Below, in pieces: positions 19,188-33,920 of a stretch of DNA of 64,000 bases. The position numbers and the translations under genes were made by a program. The DNA is taken from NCBI RefSeq assembly GCF_009914755.1, contig NC_060947.1; one strand, written 5' to 3'. The number at the start of each line of letters is the position of its first letter. Within the stretch, counting starts at the first letter, position 1. The stretch comes from the human T2T-CHM13v2.0 reference genome, Homo sapiens. The notes under the pieces were generated by a model that did not search any database, was not told the DNA's origin, and worked only from the letters and a program-made list of their open reading frames with translations.

Positions 19188-19449
19188 TCAGTGATATGTA
19201 ATTCAGAACCAAATGCTTGTATGTATAAGTGAGAAGTCAAAATGTCTTTAGGGTCCAAATGTCATAGTCTACATTATCTACTGTATCAAAATGTTAGAAT
19301 AAAAATGGCCTAAACTCAGTTGGGATGATTGAGGTAATATTGCATTATTATCCCCTTAGTGAATTTACAATGTAGTTGAAGAAGTAAAACTTGCCTATAT
19401 TAAATACTTAAATTGTCTAGAGAGTATATGATTCCATCTAAAATTGTAT

Positions 19450-19900
19450 TGGGAAATCAGAGAAGTAAGAGAGTGAAGGAAATCTTTATGAAGGGATTGG
19501 AACTTGACCTGAGCCTCGAAGGAAGATAGGGCAGGCAAAGCAGAAAGGATATGACACCTCAGGAAGGGACAAAGACGGAAATGAGCATGTAGTATTTTAG
19601 GGACAATATGCAGCATGGCCTCATCAGAGCAAAGGGAGAATGTTGGGGAGAATAGGAAATATCTTACGCAGGTAGAATGGAACTGAGTTATGGAAGACCT
19701 TCAAGTCAGAAAGAGGAAATTAGATTAGATTCATCAGTCAAGTTTCTCAGAGAGGATCTGGCATCATTATGCTCAATAGAGAAGTGGAGTGGGAGAGATT
19801 ATTGTGGCAGACTAAGGTAGTGGTTTTAGAAATGTTTAAGAGACAAATTTAAGAGGTATTTTATGGGAGGATTCAACAGGACGTGGAGACAGATTAGACA
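19450..19900 (-). mobile_element. L2 fragment
   Basis: Purine-rich antisense L2-like sequence. Confidence 0.5.
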
Positions 19901-20859
19901 CTTATTTCTCTCACATTGTTAGTTCTATCCCTTATTTCCTTAACATTGCAATCTAGTGTTAATTTAATGTTTATGTCACCTTTCACATCCATATTAAAAA
20001 ATAATCACGTAATTTCATTTACATAATCTAAGCCTGGGATATTTTCTATTCTCATTCAGACATAATATTTCATGGAATTCTTCCTGATTAATTTATTTAG
20101 TATAAAGAATTTAGTTTCATCAATGTCCTGTGTATAATTGTGTTCCATTATAACTTCGTTTCATAATCCAGTACACTATTTATTCTGATTTTCGTTTTAT
20201 ACAAGATTCATTTTTAAATGATTATATCAATCTGTAATTTACAAAACTTTTTAAAGTATTTTAAACTTAATTCTCAGTGATTCTGCATCATGTCTTAATA
20301 ATTTATTATTTATTCTGGTTATTTCTTCTTACTGTTCTTGCACATTGTGAATTAAATATCATCATCAATTGCATTCCATATGGTCTTCTGGACTCTTCCT
20401 TTGCAAAATAAACAGATTTCTGGCATGGAAAGCTTCTTTTTTGTGGGATTGCTTAGAGGGTATTTGTGCTTCTGTAAAGAAGAAAAAGAGACAGCTGGCT
20501 GATCCTTTCTCCCTCACTGTGACCCTAACTTGCCTTATTCCCACTGCACAAATTCCTAGAACATGCTAAACCACATGAGTTATTAACCCTCAATAGGCTA
20601 AGCAACCAATCTTCAGCAAATAATTACTCTTGCAAGTTGAGTAAAAAAACAAGGAATTTTTAAAAAGAGCACTTTCAGAATTAATTCTTTTTCACAAATA
20701 TCTTATCTCAAATAAGCTTTTGTGATATTGCATCACACTATCCCATTGCCCTCTTTCTGCTGCTACCACATCAACTACTTTGACTTCCAAGTCAAAGTAA
20801 GCCTTGAATCAAAACAATACAAAACAAGGACAACAACAAAAGTTTTTCTCAATAGTCTC

Positions 20860-21510
20860 AAACCCATCTCCTTGCTGCCATCCCCTATGCTACTGCCTTT
20901 GTTGTGACCCCACTTACCTCTCTCCTCGACTATTACCACTCTTAACTAGTCCCTCTGCACTGGACTTGCCTCTGGTTCTTTCCATTCTCCATGCTGTTAC
21001 CAGAATGAATATCAAAAATGGTCACTTACCAGCTTCTCTGTTGCCTGTAGGAGAAAGTTCAGCTGCTTTGGTAAGGCCTATGGGGTCTTCCAAATTTGGC
21101 TCTTGCCTATTTCTCTGTTCTCATCTCTCATCATTCACTTGCTTTGCACTTTATTATCTAGTCTAACCATGCTGAAATACTTACATATCATGCAGTTCCT
21201 CCTGACTAAAATGACCTCCTCAAACTCTTCCTTCTAGGTAAGTCCTACTTATCTTTTAGGATTCAGTTCAGGCATTGCTTCTCCAAAAAGCCTTTCTTCA
21301 ACTTCTCATCAGTTGGCTTCCCTCCAGTTCACTGTGTTCTCAAAACATCCTGTGCTTAGCTCTATCAGATAAATTATTACAGTATATGACCATCCTTTTA
21401 ATTGTCTTGTTTCTTCTCACCTGGACAAAAACTCCTAAAAGGCTGTATCAAATTCATATTTGTGTTCTGGCACACATTTGGTATTCAAAAATGTTTGTTC
21501 CATGAATAGA
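20860..21510 (+). mobile_element. L2 3' fragment
   Basis: Pyrimidine-rich body ending CTGGCACACATTTGGTATTCAAAAATGTTTGTT. Confidence 0.6.
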
Positions 21511-22575
21511 GAAATGCAAAGGTGACTACCTCCACCTCATATTTGGCTTCTAGGTACCACTTGAAAGAGTCTGATGCCAACTCTTTTTGAGGCACACATG
21601 TATGTGTGTGATCATTGAAATCATTTAATCCTAATGTCTGCAATAGTGTGATCCTTTTTTTCCTCAAAACCACATTCTAAATTCTCCTCTCCCCACATCA
21701 CAGTTGCGATCATCTCTCTATCCTTGCATTCAACATAAGGCTGCTGTGTTTCAAAGTTTTGTTATTTGCAATCCTGTGTTTTCAGTTAATGTGACTATGC
21801 CCCCCACTCCCTGATTCCTGGGAGCCTCACACTCTAGCCTCGTGAGCAACAAAATTCCACTCCTTACTTCCCTAAGGCCAAATCCAAGAGAGGTTTTCTA
21901 GCTCATAAATTTTTCCTGCTGTTTAGAGTAGAAGGCACAGAGCCTGGGTGTCGTAACAGAAAGTGCTAATCTGTACACCGGGTGTATTGAGGCATGTAAA
22001 GCCAATTCATAACATTCTATGACACTTTTATGAGCTTAAAAGCATCTTTCCAGACCTATTCAAATTGTATGCATGTGAAAGAATTGTGCTTATAGCTATT
22101 TTTAGAGTTTTAGATAATCCTCCACAAATATGTGAAGGTACCCTCAGTAATCTGTTAGAGATCAAACACATTTTTAAAGAAGCATGCCAAGGTTCCAACT
22201 CCTCCTCATGTGGCAGGGTTTGGAATAAGGAAGACTGATTACAGAATTCTGATTCTTTTTGTGGGTTAAAAGGGTGGACAGCAGGTCTACTAGATTTCTC
22301 ATAAGAGGCAAAGCAGACTTTAATCTGCTGATTGCAGACAGAAGATAAGTAGGTGACAGTGAGCAGTAGTTCTTGCAAATGGCTGGCTGTGAAAAACCTG
22401 ATGGGCTGTGGGAAAGGGGAACTGGAGTTACTGAGAAGTCTGTGTGCCACCTTTGGTGGGAATACTACATATTGCTACCCCTCTCAGGATAAACTTTCAT
22501 CTACTGTCATCTCATCCCATTCACACATCCCATTCAATTATGTTGCACATTAAAGCTTGAGAAATAATGACTTAG

Positions 22576-22937
<362 letters not shown>

Positions 22938-23475
22938 TGGAAGTGTTCTTATATGGAAAAAATAAAAAGATCAGTTTTGTGTTGCTCAAGAAGACAGAAC
23001 TTGGATGAAAGAAAGAAGGTAGAGGAGTGGATGCAAATTATCACAGAAGAGTGTCTTGCTTCTGTTTTGCTTACATATTTGTGAGCTTTGAGTCATCCAT
23101 TCCTGAAACTCATTCCTGCCCTAAGAGGTTTCAGTTAACAACACAATCACAGAGTAGATAATGTGACCAAGTCTACTAAAAATTGTTGAGATAATTGTGG
23201 ACAGTTTCAGTAGAACATAAATCAGGTTAAATGTGATAATATCCTAAGTCCACTTCTAATTAGTCAAAATACACCTGAATATTTGGTTTCATTGTGGGGA
23301 CTACACCTAAAGAGAATAGATACAAATATCCAGTGACTTTGAGGATTAAATTTTATAAGTACTATTTATTGAAACATTTAAAAAATATTTTTGCCTAGGC
23401 AGTGTTTCGTGACAAGTAGTCTGTGGACTACCTGCATCAAAATGTTCTAGTGTGCTTGTTAAAATTTTATATTTG

Positions 23476-24562
23476 CTGGGCACAGTGGCTCACACCTGTA
23501 ATCCTAGCACTTTGGGAGGCTGAGGTGGGCAGATTGCTTAAGCTCAGGCATCTAAGACCAGCCTGGGCAACATGGCGAATCCCCATCTCTACGAAAATAA
23601 TGTAAAAATTAGCCATGCAGGGTGCATGCCTGTAGTCCCAGCTCCTCAGGAGGCTGAGGTGGGAGTGAAGCAGGATATTTCCCTGACCCCTTCATGGGCC
23701 TCGTGACGAGGTGCCTTGCTTACTCAGCCCGCAGCACTCCACTTGCAGGAGGGAGAATGCAGGTGAGTGGGTGCAGGAGCCAGGGTGATTGCTTTTGGGC
23801 ACCAACAAGAGCAAACTCCTTGCGGGGCCCCATGGCAGCATCTAGTAGGGTGACCATGACCCCTGAGGCCCCAGAGGGAGTGTTACAGTCAGTATTCTTT
23901 TAGCTCTGCCATCCGTGGACAGCTTAAGTGTTAATAGCTCAGTGGGCCCCCTTGTATCCACACTCATGGCTCTGAGCTCTTGTCCAGCATCCAGGAAAAA
24001 TGAGGTCACATGAACAAACTGAATATGGTAAATGGGGAGATTTTATTGCCGATACAAGTGGCTCTCAGTGGGATGGGGAGTTAAAAAGGGGATGGGGCAG
24101 GAAAGCAATCCTCCCCTGAAGTCCAGCCATCCCCTGTCATACTCCTCTTCAAAGCTATGCTGTCAAGCTGTCCCTCTGAAGTCAAGCTGCTTCTGTCCGA
24201 CATCCAACCATAGTCTCTGACGTCCAGCAGCTTATCCTCTCTCTGCCAGCTGAACCTGAGGTTTTTAGGGGCACAGGATTGGAGGCAGGATGGGCCATGG
24301 ATGGTTTTGGAAAAGACAACATTCGAGAGGGAAAACAGGGATGTATATTCTCACTCTGGGTTGTGGTATCAGGCCTTTCAGCTTGAGGGTGGGGCCCTCG
24401 CTGGGGACCTGCTCTCTTCTGCCCAGAATTTCACTGCCTCCTGTCCCTATCACAAGGATTGCTGGAGCCCGGGAGTTTGAGGCTGCATTAAGCTGTGTTT
24501 ACACCACTGCACTCCAGCCTGGGTGACAAAGCAAGAACCTATCTCAAAAAAAAAAAAAAAAA
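23476..24562 (+). mobile_element. AluJ split by an LTR insertion
   Basis: Alu stops at GAGGTGGGAG (23665) and resumes at GGATTGC (~24456). Confidence 0.9.
23666..24452 (-). mobile_element. ERV1 solo LTR (LTR27/LTR28/MER52 group)
   Basis: Minus strand begins TGATAGGGACAGGAGGCAG...GGCCCCACCCTCAAGC; TG..CA ends. Confidence 0.8.
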
Positions 24563-25129
24563 GAAAGTATTTTCCTAGGATTCATACCAGACCTATTGAA
24601 TGCGAGTCTTGGAAGGTGGGACCAGGAAATCTTCGTATTTAACCTGCTCCCTAGGCAATTCCATTGCAAATGAAAGCTTGAGAATTAATGGTTTAGGAAG
24701 CACATGACAACACCCTTCAAATACTTGGCAGTGTTCTTATATGTAAAAAGGAAAAGATTCATTTTGTGTTGCTCAAAAAAACAGAATATAGATAAAAGAA
24801 AGAAGGCAGAGGAATGGATTAAAGTTATAACAGGAAAGTGTTCAAGTATGAGAAAGACAAAAAATAGATATAGCCATCAATGGGATTAACTGTCTTGCAA
24901 AATAATGCATCCTTTAAAGTATTCACATAGAGAAGATAGAGAGCTCTGTTTAAGAGATGAGGTAGTAGGGATTTTAACATTGAGTGGGAGATTGAACAAA
25001 GGGACTTCTCTAGTCCCTTCAAGCTAATGGATTTCATTGATTGATTTATACCAAAAGTTTCACATTAGTCAGATTATGCCATGGCTTCTGAAGTTGATAA
25101 CCCTTGTCTCTTTGCTCTTTCCCTTAATT

Positions 25130-26530
<1,401 letters not shown>

Positions 26531-27041
26531 TGCTGAGAATGTTCAGATTTTTTTTTTACTAATTCATTTGTATTGTTATATCTCTTTCTGTGAGTCACTG
26601 AACTCTAATGATATGGTATATATTAGAATGAACTCTTTGTCCCATTTGACTAGTTGCTTTTCTGATAATTTCCTTCATGCACATAACAATCTCTTGCTCT
26701 GACTTTCAACAGCAGTGTTCTGGAATCCTACCTGCTTATCTAGTGCCTGAGTGTAATGCCTGGAACTAGTGATGGTTCACAAATGGTGGCTGTTTTTCTT
26801 ATCATGATGCCTTGTTGCTCTTGGTTCTGACGTACCACTTTATCTCCCAACTGTAATGTAGTTTTCAGTCCTGGATGGACACCACTGACTCTGGGTTTTC
26901 TCCTCCTTTGCATAATGAAATTGCCATTTGCCTCAACGCTTGGTAATAGTTTCAACTTTTCTTGTATTTCTAACTCAGTGATTCTGGTTTCATCCAGACC
27001 CAGAAGATTAATACAACGTTATTTTAAAAATTCTAAAGTTA

Positions 27042-27335
27042 GGCCAGGCATGGTGGCTCATGCCTATTATCCCAGCACTTTGGGAGGCCGAGGTGGGAGG
27101 ATTACTTTAACCCAGGAGCTCTAGACCAGCCTGGGAAACATGAGACCCTAGCTCTACAAAAATAAAAATTAAAAAAATTAGCTGGGCATAGTGTTGCACA
27201 TCTGTAGTCCTAGCTACTCAGGAGGCTGAGGTGGGAGGATCACTTGAGCCCAGGAGTTCAAGCCTGCAGCTAACTATGATCATGCCACTGCACTTTGGCC
27301 TGGGTGACAGAGTGAGATCCTGTCTTTAAAAATAA
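27042..27335 (+). mobile_element. AluJ
   Basis: Full dimer; TSD AAAAATTCTAAA. Confidence 0.9.
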
Positions 27336-27499
27336 AAATTCTAAAATTGTATTGATATTAAATGCTGAAAATGTATAATTCAGGATATTAAGAAAGAAAT
27401 ACATTGTTTACAACCTTCATAATAAAAGTCTTTGAAATTTAAGTTGTAATTAAAAAGAAAAGGAAGGTGAAACTATCAAAAACCAGAACACATTTTGAT

Positions 27500-27680
27500 G
27501 CATTTTAAGTGCTCTCATCACCAGAAAATATTAAGTACATGAGGTAATACATACGTTAATGAGCTTGATTTAGCTATTCTACAGTGTATACATATATCAC
27601 AACATCATGTTATATACCATAAATATATACATTTTTATTTATCAATTATACAAACTTCTTAAAAAATTCAACAACTAGAA
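27500..27680 (+). mobile_element. L1MA 3' end fragment
   Basis: GTTAATGAGCTTGATTTAGCTATTCTACAGTGTATACATATATCACAACATC. Confidence 0.75.
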
Positions 27681-29088
27681 AAAACAAGAATGCATACTAC
27701 AAAATTTAGTAAAAGAAAAGAAATCCTGTTAACTAATATTAAAACTGATGGGGTACAACTTTGGGTTCAGTTTCTGTTATACATTAGATATGCTCAAATC
27801 CTTAGAGAGCAAAAGCAGAAGATTTGGAAATTATGATAATGTGAAATGAATGAGGGAAAGATGGAATTGGTGAATTGCTTTGTTATCCCTGAGGCAGTGA
27901 ATAAGTCTGTTTACCAGCTGTTTGCCTATTTTCCTAATGCATCTGTTGGGTATTTGCTGTAGAGATGAAAACAAATAATAGTCTTGCCAATACAGGTGAA
28001 ATTCTAAATAAGTGGCCTAAATAAAAGTAATTGATATGGGAAGACAATGCATAATGTTATATAACACTGCTGAATTATGTATATTTAATGATTTAGTCTC
28101 TAAAAAGAGACATAGAGCAGTTCATGGAAAGAGGACTTAAATTTGTGCAGGCCTAATACTAATAAAATTGTTAATTTAGCCAAAGGTAAAAATACTTCAA
28201 ATAACTAGAATCAGAAAAAGACATAAATGTTTGACAGTACATTGGTTAGCTCGATGTCATAGATCAGCTTTAGAATACTATTGCAGATGCAAAATTATAA
28301 TACATGTATATATATTTATGTAAATATTTGAGAAATATTTGATAATACATAAGAATATCTAATTATATAATTATGACTATTATATAATAAGTAAAGAACT
28401 AATCCTATTTTTGTCCTCTGCTTAGAACTGAATTCATTCCATAACCTTTAATTAAAACAGATTTTAAAAGATAAAATACATGTTACGGTAAAAATAATAG
28501 CATAATTATATTAGCCTAATAAATCAAACCTCTTCATAGAAGAATAGGTTTCATCAGTCTATTAACTGGATTACATAATGAATCCCTATCAAAGAAGATC
28601 CTCCCAAGAACATAAATAGATTTTAAATTCATTGTTTTAGAGTATGTATAGCAACGGCCACAAAGTACAAGAAGAATGCATGAAGGATCACACTTACCAA
28701 ATTAAAGGGTGTAGGCAGAAATAAGTCTTTCTCCCCAAGATTTAATATGTCTTCCTGAGAAGGAGAAAAACTAAGCAAATCTCTCTTTTCCTTATCTGCC
28801 AGTTCAATCTTGAATATAGGCCTTATTGTCAAGACTAACTAACATCTAGGAAACTATGTGTCTGCACTATAAGGTCTTTAACAAAGATGACATACCGACT
28901 GAGGCAGAGTGTAGAAGAGAATGAAACAAAAATGTGTAGCTTAAATGCTGCCAGAAAATCTCTGACAAATTAAGGCTAAATCCTGTTTACCTGTAACAGA
29001 ACCAGTTCTGGAAGTCTGCAGATACCTCAAATATATTAAAAGAACTACGTTCTTCTAGCCATCTGATTTGGCAATGCAGTGCCTCTTA

Positions 29089-29102
29089 GTGTCCATGGTA
29101 AC
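29089..29102. promoter_or_regulatory. Candidate RFX X-box
   Basis: GTGTCCATGGTAAC, close to the palindromic RFX consensus, in unique sequence. Confidence 0.4.
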
Positions 29103-29315
29103 GCCCACAGAGTGGTTTAGAGATTCACCATTAAAAGGCTTGCTCATTGAAATATAATGGTGGGTCAGCCACAGTACTTAGGTAATGTTCAGTTTCTGAA
29201 CTTCAAAGCAAGCTTAAACCATTCTACATCTTTAGAAACATATTGTCAGAGGAACATATGGAACTAGTGAGGGTCCACAAATAGTGGCTGTCTTTATTAT
29301 CATGATGCCTTGTTG

Positions 29316-29321
29316 ATATAT

Positions 29322-29354
<33 letters not shown>
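29316..29354. repeat. (TA)n microsatellite
   Basis: Directly visible. Confidence 0.95.
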
Positions 29355-31059
29355 GCCCAAATTTTATTTTAATCCACAGCAATATAAGTTCTCTATTATT
29401 ACAAAGTATACCTAGTGGTTAAGGGGTAGAAAAAGTAAAAACATGAAAGCATTTTAAAATCTACAGTGGCCTCACAAAATATCAGTATATATAATGTTAT
29501 CATAAAAATGTAAATTTTAAAAATGGGAATTTCTATTCATGTCCTCAAATGGCCATTTTGGTTTTTTGTTCTTTATTTTAAAGGACTGTAACATGGTTGT
29601 ATTTTTAAACTTCAAAACTGCTAACGTTTTTTGGTTATCCTTTAAGCAGTAAGAAGATAACTAAATTGAAGTAAGACAAGATTTAATTTAGTGGGTTGAA
29701 ACTAAAGAAATGTGTCATGGTTCCTGCTTATAATCCTTCCTTGGCAGGTTGGGTATGATAATTTGAGAAATTGGTTAAATGCATGAAAATACCTCATGGG
29801 TTCATTGGTCACTTAAAAGCAACTGACCTTTACTTGGCCTTTAATCAGTGAGTGAATTCAGTGAGATGTGACTAATCCCAGAGGAACAGCTTTTGAATAT
29901 ACCTTAGTGTGGGTAAGAGCTGGCAGAAACTCAGGATCCATTTAGCTAAAATTAAGAATATGAAAGTCTTAATCCTTTAGTAGTTTGAATGCATTATATA
30001 CATTTTAAAAGAATAGATGCCTCCATTTGAATTTTATCAGTCAACAGAACTGTAGGCTCGAAATACAATACACCCCCAGAATTGTTAGATGAGGTCAAAA
30101 AATGTTACAGTCTGAACTGGAAATTTAAAAGAAGCAACACCAAATGGATAAAATTAACCACCTGGACAAATATTTTCAGGAAAATAGCCCATGTAAGAGA
30201 TGATCTCTGAGCATGTTGCCAGTTTGACTAGGGGTTCTTTGAGTCAGAACCACCTCCTTTAAAAGGAAATGTTGATTTTAAACATAATAATGGCCTATAA
30301 TCAGTCTATCATGAGGAAGGATTGAAGTGGGAAAAAAGTTTTGATGATTGACAGAGCAATACATTAAAATAAGGGATTCAGAGTAAAACAATTTGTCTAT
30401 TTCTCCAGTACCACACAAGAAAGGAGATTCCATTCTTGGCAACATCATCCCTATAGAGGCAATGGATGCAATTGATTATCATAGTTGGATTACAGCAGCC
30501 CATTGAGATAATTCAGTTCTTCGTGCTATCTCTAAAGGAGACTTTTATCTGACGGTAATGCTTTTCATTGTGAACATTGCCTCCCAAGTCTCTGATGGGT
30601 AGACTGTATGCATTGTAACTCCCTCCCCCATACATATAAACACTCTGTAAGACACAACCTAAGCAGCTAGTGAGGCTCTTTCTGTGCTATCCTATGTAAA
30701 ATATGGATATACTTGAGCTGCTCCTCTGCCATAGAGAATAGATGTCTATAGCTCCATTCAACGAAAATGTTCCTGATCTACAAAAGGATCTTATGTTTTA
30801 TGTAAAATCAGGTGTATCCTGCTTTTAGAAAACTCAATAACATATATAAACTATGACACCAAAAACAGAAATTAGAGAATGAGTAAATTATTTATTTTAA
30901 AAGTCCTTTTCTTATGGTTTCACTATGTGTTTCTCTTAAATAAGAAATTACTCTGATAGGTTTCAAATATGAATCAGTTACAACTTTTTAGACATGCTCC
31001 TTATACATACTGTACGTAAAGTGAGAAATAACTTGAAAATATGTAGAACATTTGACAAT

Positions 31060-31878
31060 CTTAATATCTCTATTTTTCTCACATTCTACATCTATTTGTA
31101 CTCCTTCAAAATTTATTCCAAATCTAACCATTTCCCATTACCCTGTTCCAAACTACCATCGTCTCTCACCTGGACTCTTGTAATAGCACACGATTGATCT
31201 ATTTCCTGCTTCCACTCTTGCCCCCTACAGTCTGTTCTCAATACAGCAGGCAGAATGACTTGTTTACAACAGAAGTCAAATTATTTCATTCCTCTGTTCA
31301 AAACCCTACAATAGTTTTTCATCACGGTCACATAAAAAGCCAAAAACTGTATGATGGCTCCTTCATAGCTGTAAGAAATGTTCTCCTTTCCTTCTTACTA
31401 CTCTGACCTGATGTCCCTCTACTTTCTCGTCTCTCTCACTCTACTCACGCTACTTTAACCTGTCCCCCTAACACACCAGCCACTCATCCAACCTCATGGT
31501 CTTTGCATGTAGCTATCCCTTTTCCCTGTGAAACTCTTCCACCAGATTTCTCCTGATAGCTGACGCCCTCATCTCCTTCAGGCCTTTGCGCAAATGACAC
31601 TTAGCATCAAGGTCTTTCCTGACCCTGCTATTTAATATTACAACTTTCCCACACACACAACTTCTTATCCTCCTTTATTGTTTTTTTTTTTCTCCACAGC
31701 ACTTATCATTATCTAATATCCTATTTATGTTACTTACAAGTTTATAGTCCACCTCCCATCACTGGAATGTAAGCTCCATAAGGGCAGGGATTTTTGTGTT
31801 CTTTGGTCACCGTTGTATCCACACAACCTAGAACACTATCTGGCTCAATAAGCATTTGTTGAGTGAATGAGTGAAGCA
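31060..31878 (+). mobile_element. L2a 3' end
   Basis: GAATGTAAGCTCCATAAGGGCAGGGA...CTCAATAAGCATTTGTTGAGTGAATGAGTGAA. Confidence 0.85.
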
Positions 31879-33798
31879 CATGAGATGATGCTTCCAGCTG
31901 AGAGCATTCCTTCTACATATGCTATATATATTAATATGCTAAATAATTCACTATGTGTTAATATGGAGATAACATTCTCTAGGTTCTTCTTTCAAACCTC
32001 TACCACTAGACATTATTCTAAAGCATATTCTGCTAGTGATTTCTTTCTCATTCCTAAGTGTACACACTCAGAGAGCCTGCTCTCCCTTGCTTTTGCATTG
32101 CAGAGCAGTGGTAAGGGCTGAGAGCCAAATTCATGTTCATGGAGAGCAGTTCTACCACTGAATTTTATTTTCATTTTTCACTGAAAAACTTGGTCTACAC
32201 ATAATGACTGTGTCTGTGTATAAAGGATAGATATTTTTCATTTGAACACAAAATGTTTAAATGAACATTTAAGTAATGTATATTTCAAATTGACCATATG
32301 GTTCAGAAAGAGGAGTCAAACTCACATAGAGTTAAATATACTCCTCATTCTCCTACCCAAAGTTAACGAAAGTAGCTATAAACAATCCACCAGTTTTTAG
32401 AGGAAAAGGGGAAGCCTATAGGAAACCTTTCCAGGTGAGTGGAGTTAGTAACCAGTTTGCTGTGTTCAAGTAACAATATACATGTTTATTAGCTAGTATA
32501 GATAGTATAATTTAAAGTATGTGCATAGATGGCATTGTACATGCTATAGCAGAATTATTAGTCACAAAACTAAAGCAGTAACAACATCTAAAAAACAAGT
32601 ATTGGTTCCTATCAAAACCAAAGAATAGATCCAAGGGAGTTTAAATCCAAAAGCTAAAGGTGAAGGCATTTATTTGTTATCTTTAAAAGGTGTTTCAGTT
32701 CATGTACTTTTACTTGTTTCTGTGTTCTGAAATATGAAAAGCAGCAGATGCTACATCTATTTTAAAGCATCAGTTTAGTATATAAAGCTGCAATTATGGC
32801 AAACTCTTTTTGTATTAAAAAATCAGAACAAATGGTGAATGAAACTTAACAAAACCACCTGAGCATGAATGAATACTTTCAGTGGGATACTTAAGGAAAG
32901 AAAAAAAAATTGTTATTATTATTATATGGTACTTTGTATACTAGTGGAGAAACCACAAAATGTTCCCTCCTATCCTTTGCAGAAGGTTATTAACAAAGAG
33001 CTCATATATTCCTAAGAAAATCTCAGATTTGCAGAGTATGCCTAAATATACAGCTGGTAATGCTTCACCACGCTTGTGAAAGTAGATAATTTATCTGAAT
33101 ATCTGAATGTAGAAGTACAACAGACAGGCTTCAGCCCAAAAAATGAAGCAGTCACATTAATAAAGGGTGTAGCTCTCCTACCAAACGTATCTTTTTACCC
33201 AATACACATAGGATATTTGATATAACAAATATGGAAAAATATGGTGGAACTGAACAATATGTTTCCCCTATTTTTAAATGTATATTTATTTGAATTTAAT
33301 AGAAATAGGATTGTTTGAATACCATGTCTGTAACACGACTTTAGGGATAGATACTAAATTTTGAATTTTGAACAAAATGTTCAGATAAGAGGATGTCTTA
33401 ACCAAATATATTTTCTGATTAAATGTAGGCTGAGCTAAATTCAGTTTTCTTCCAATTTTTGTTAAATAAAAATATTCTAAAGGATATTGTTCTTTGTTGA
33501 ATTAATTTGTGCACCAAAACTTAAACGTTTTTTATGTTTGAACGTGTGATATACTTTAGAATCATCCTGTTGGACAGCAATCATTTTTCAGTAGTCTAAA
33601 TATAGAAGGTGAAAGAATTTGTGATTGCTTGAGGTGTCAACAAACAGAAAAAAATAATCTCTGACAACAGGTTTATTGTGATGTTTCACTTTCTTTTCCA
33701 AGTGGAAGATAGCAAAATACCTGGATTAAGTAATTGGAAGTTATATTTAAGTGGATAATAGGACTGTAAGATTTCCCATATATAAAGAAAATGAATTG

Positions 33799-33920
33799 AA
33801 TGAAAGGAATTCAAATATTTCACAGTTAGGCATTTTAATCTTTTTTTTCCTCAATTTCCAATGAAAGGAATTCAAATATTTCACAGTTAGGCATTTTAAT
33901 CTTTTTTTTCCTCAATTTCC
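33799..33920. repeat. Perfect 61-bp tandem duplication
   Basis: 33799-33859 identical to 33860-33920. Confidence 0.95.

Larger units (their letters stand above)
23400..24690 (+). mobile_element. MER5A (hAT-Charlie), split by AluJ and an LTR
   Basis: CAGTG...GCATCA...CTTGTTAAAA / CCAGACCTATTGAAT...AAAGCTTGAGAA. Confidence 0.7.
23180..25030 (+). mobile_element. L3/CR1 3' end, split by MER5A
   Basis: CACCTGAATATTTGGTTTCATTGTGGGGACTACAC, CTTCAAATACTTG, end GACTTCTCTAGTCCCTTC. Confidence 0.55.
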
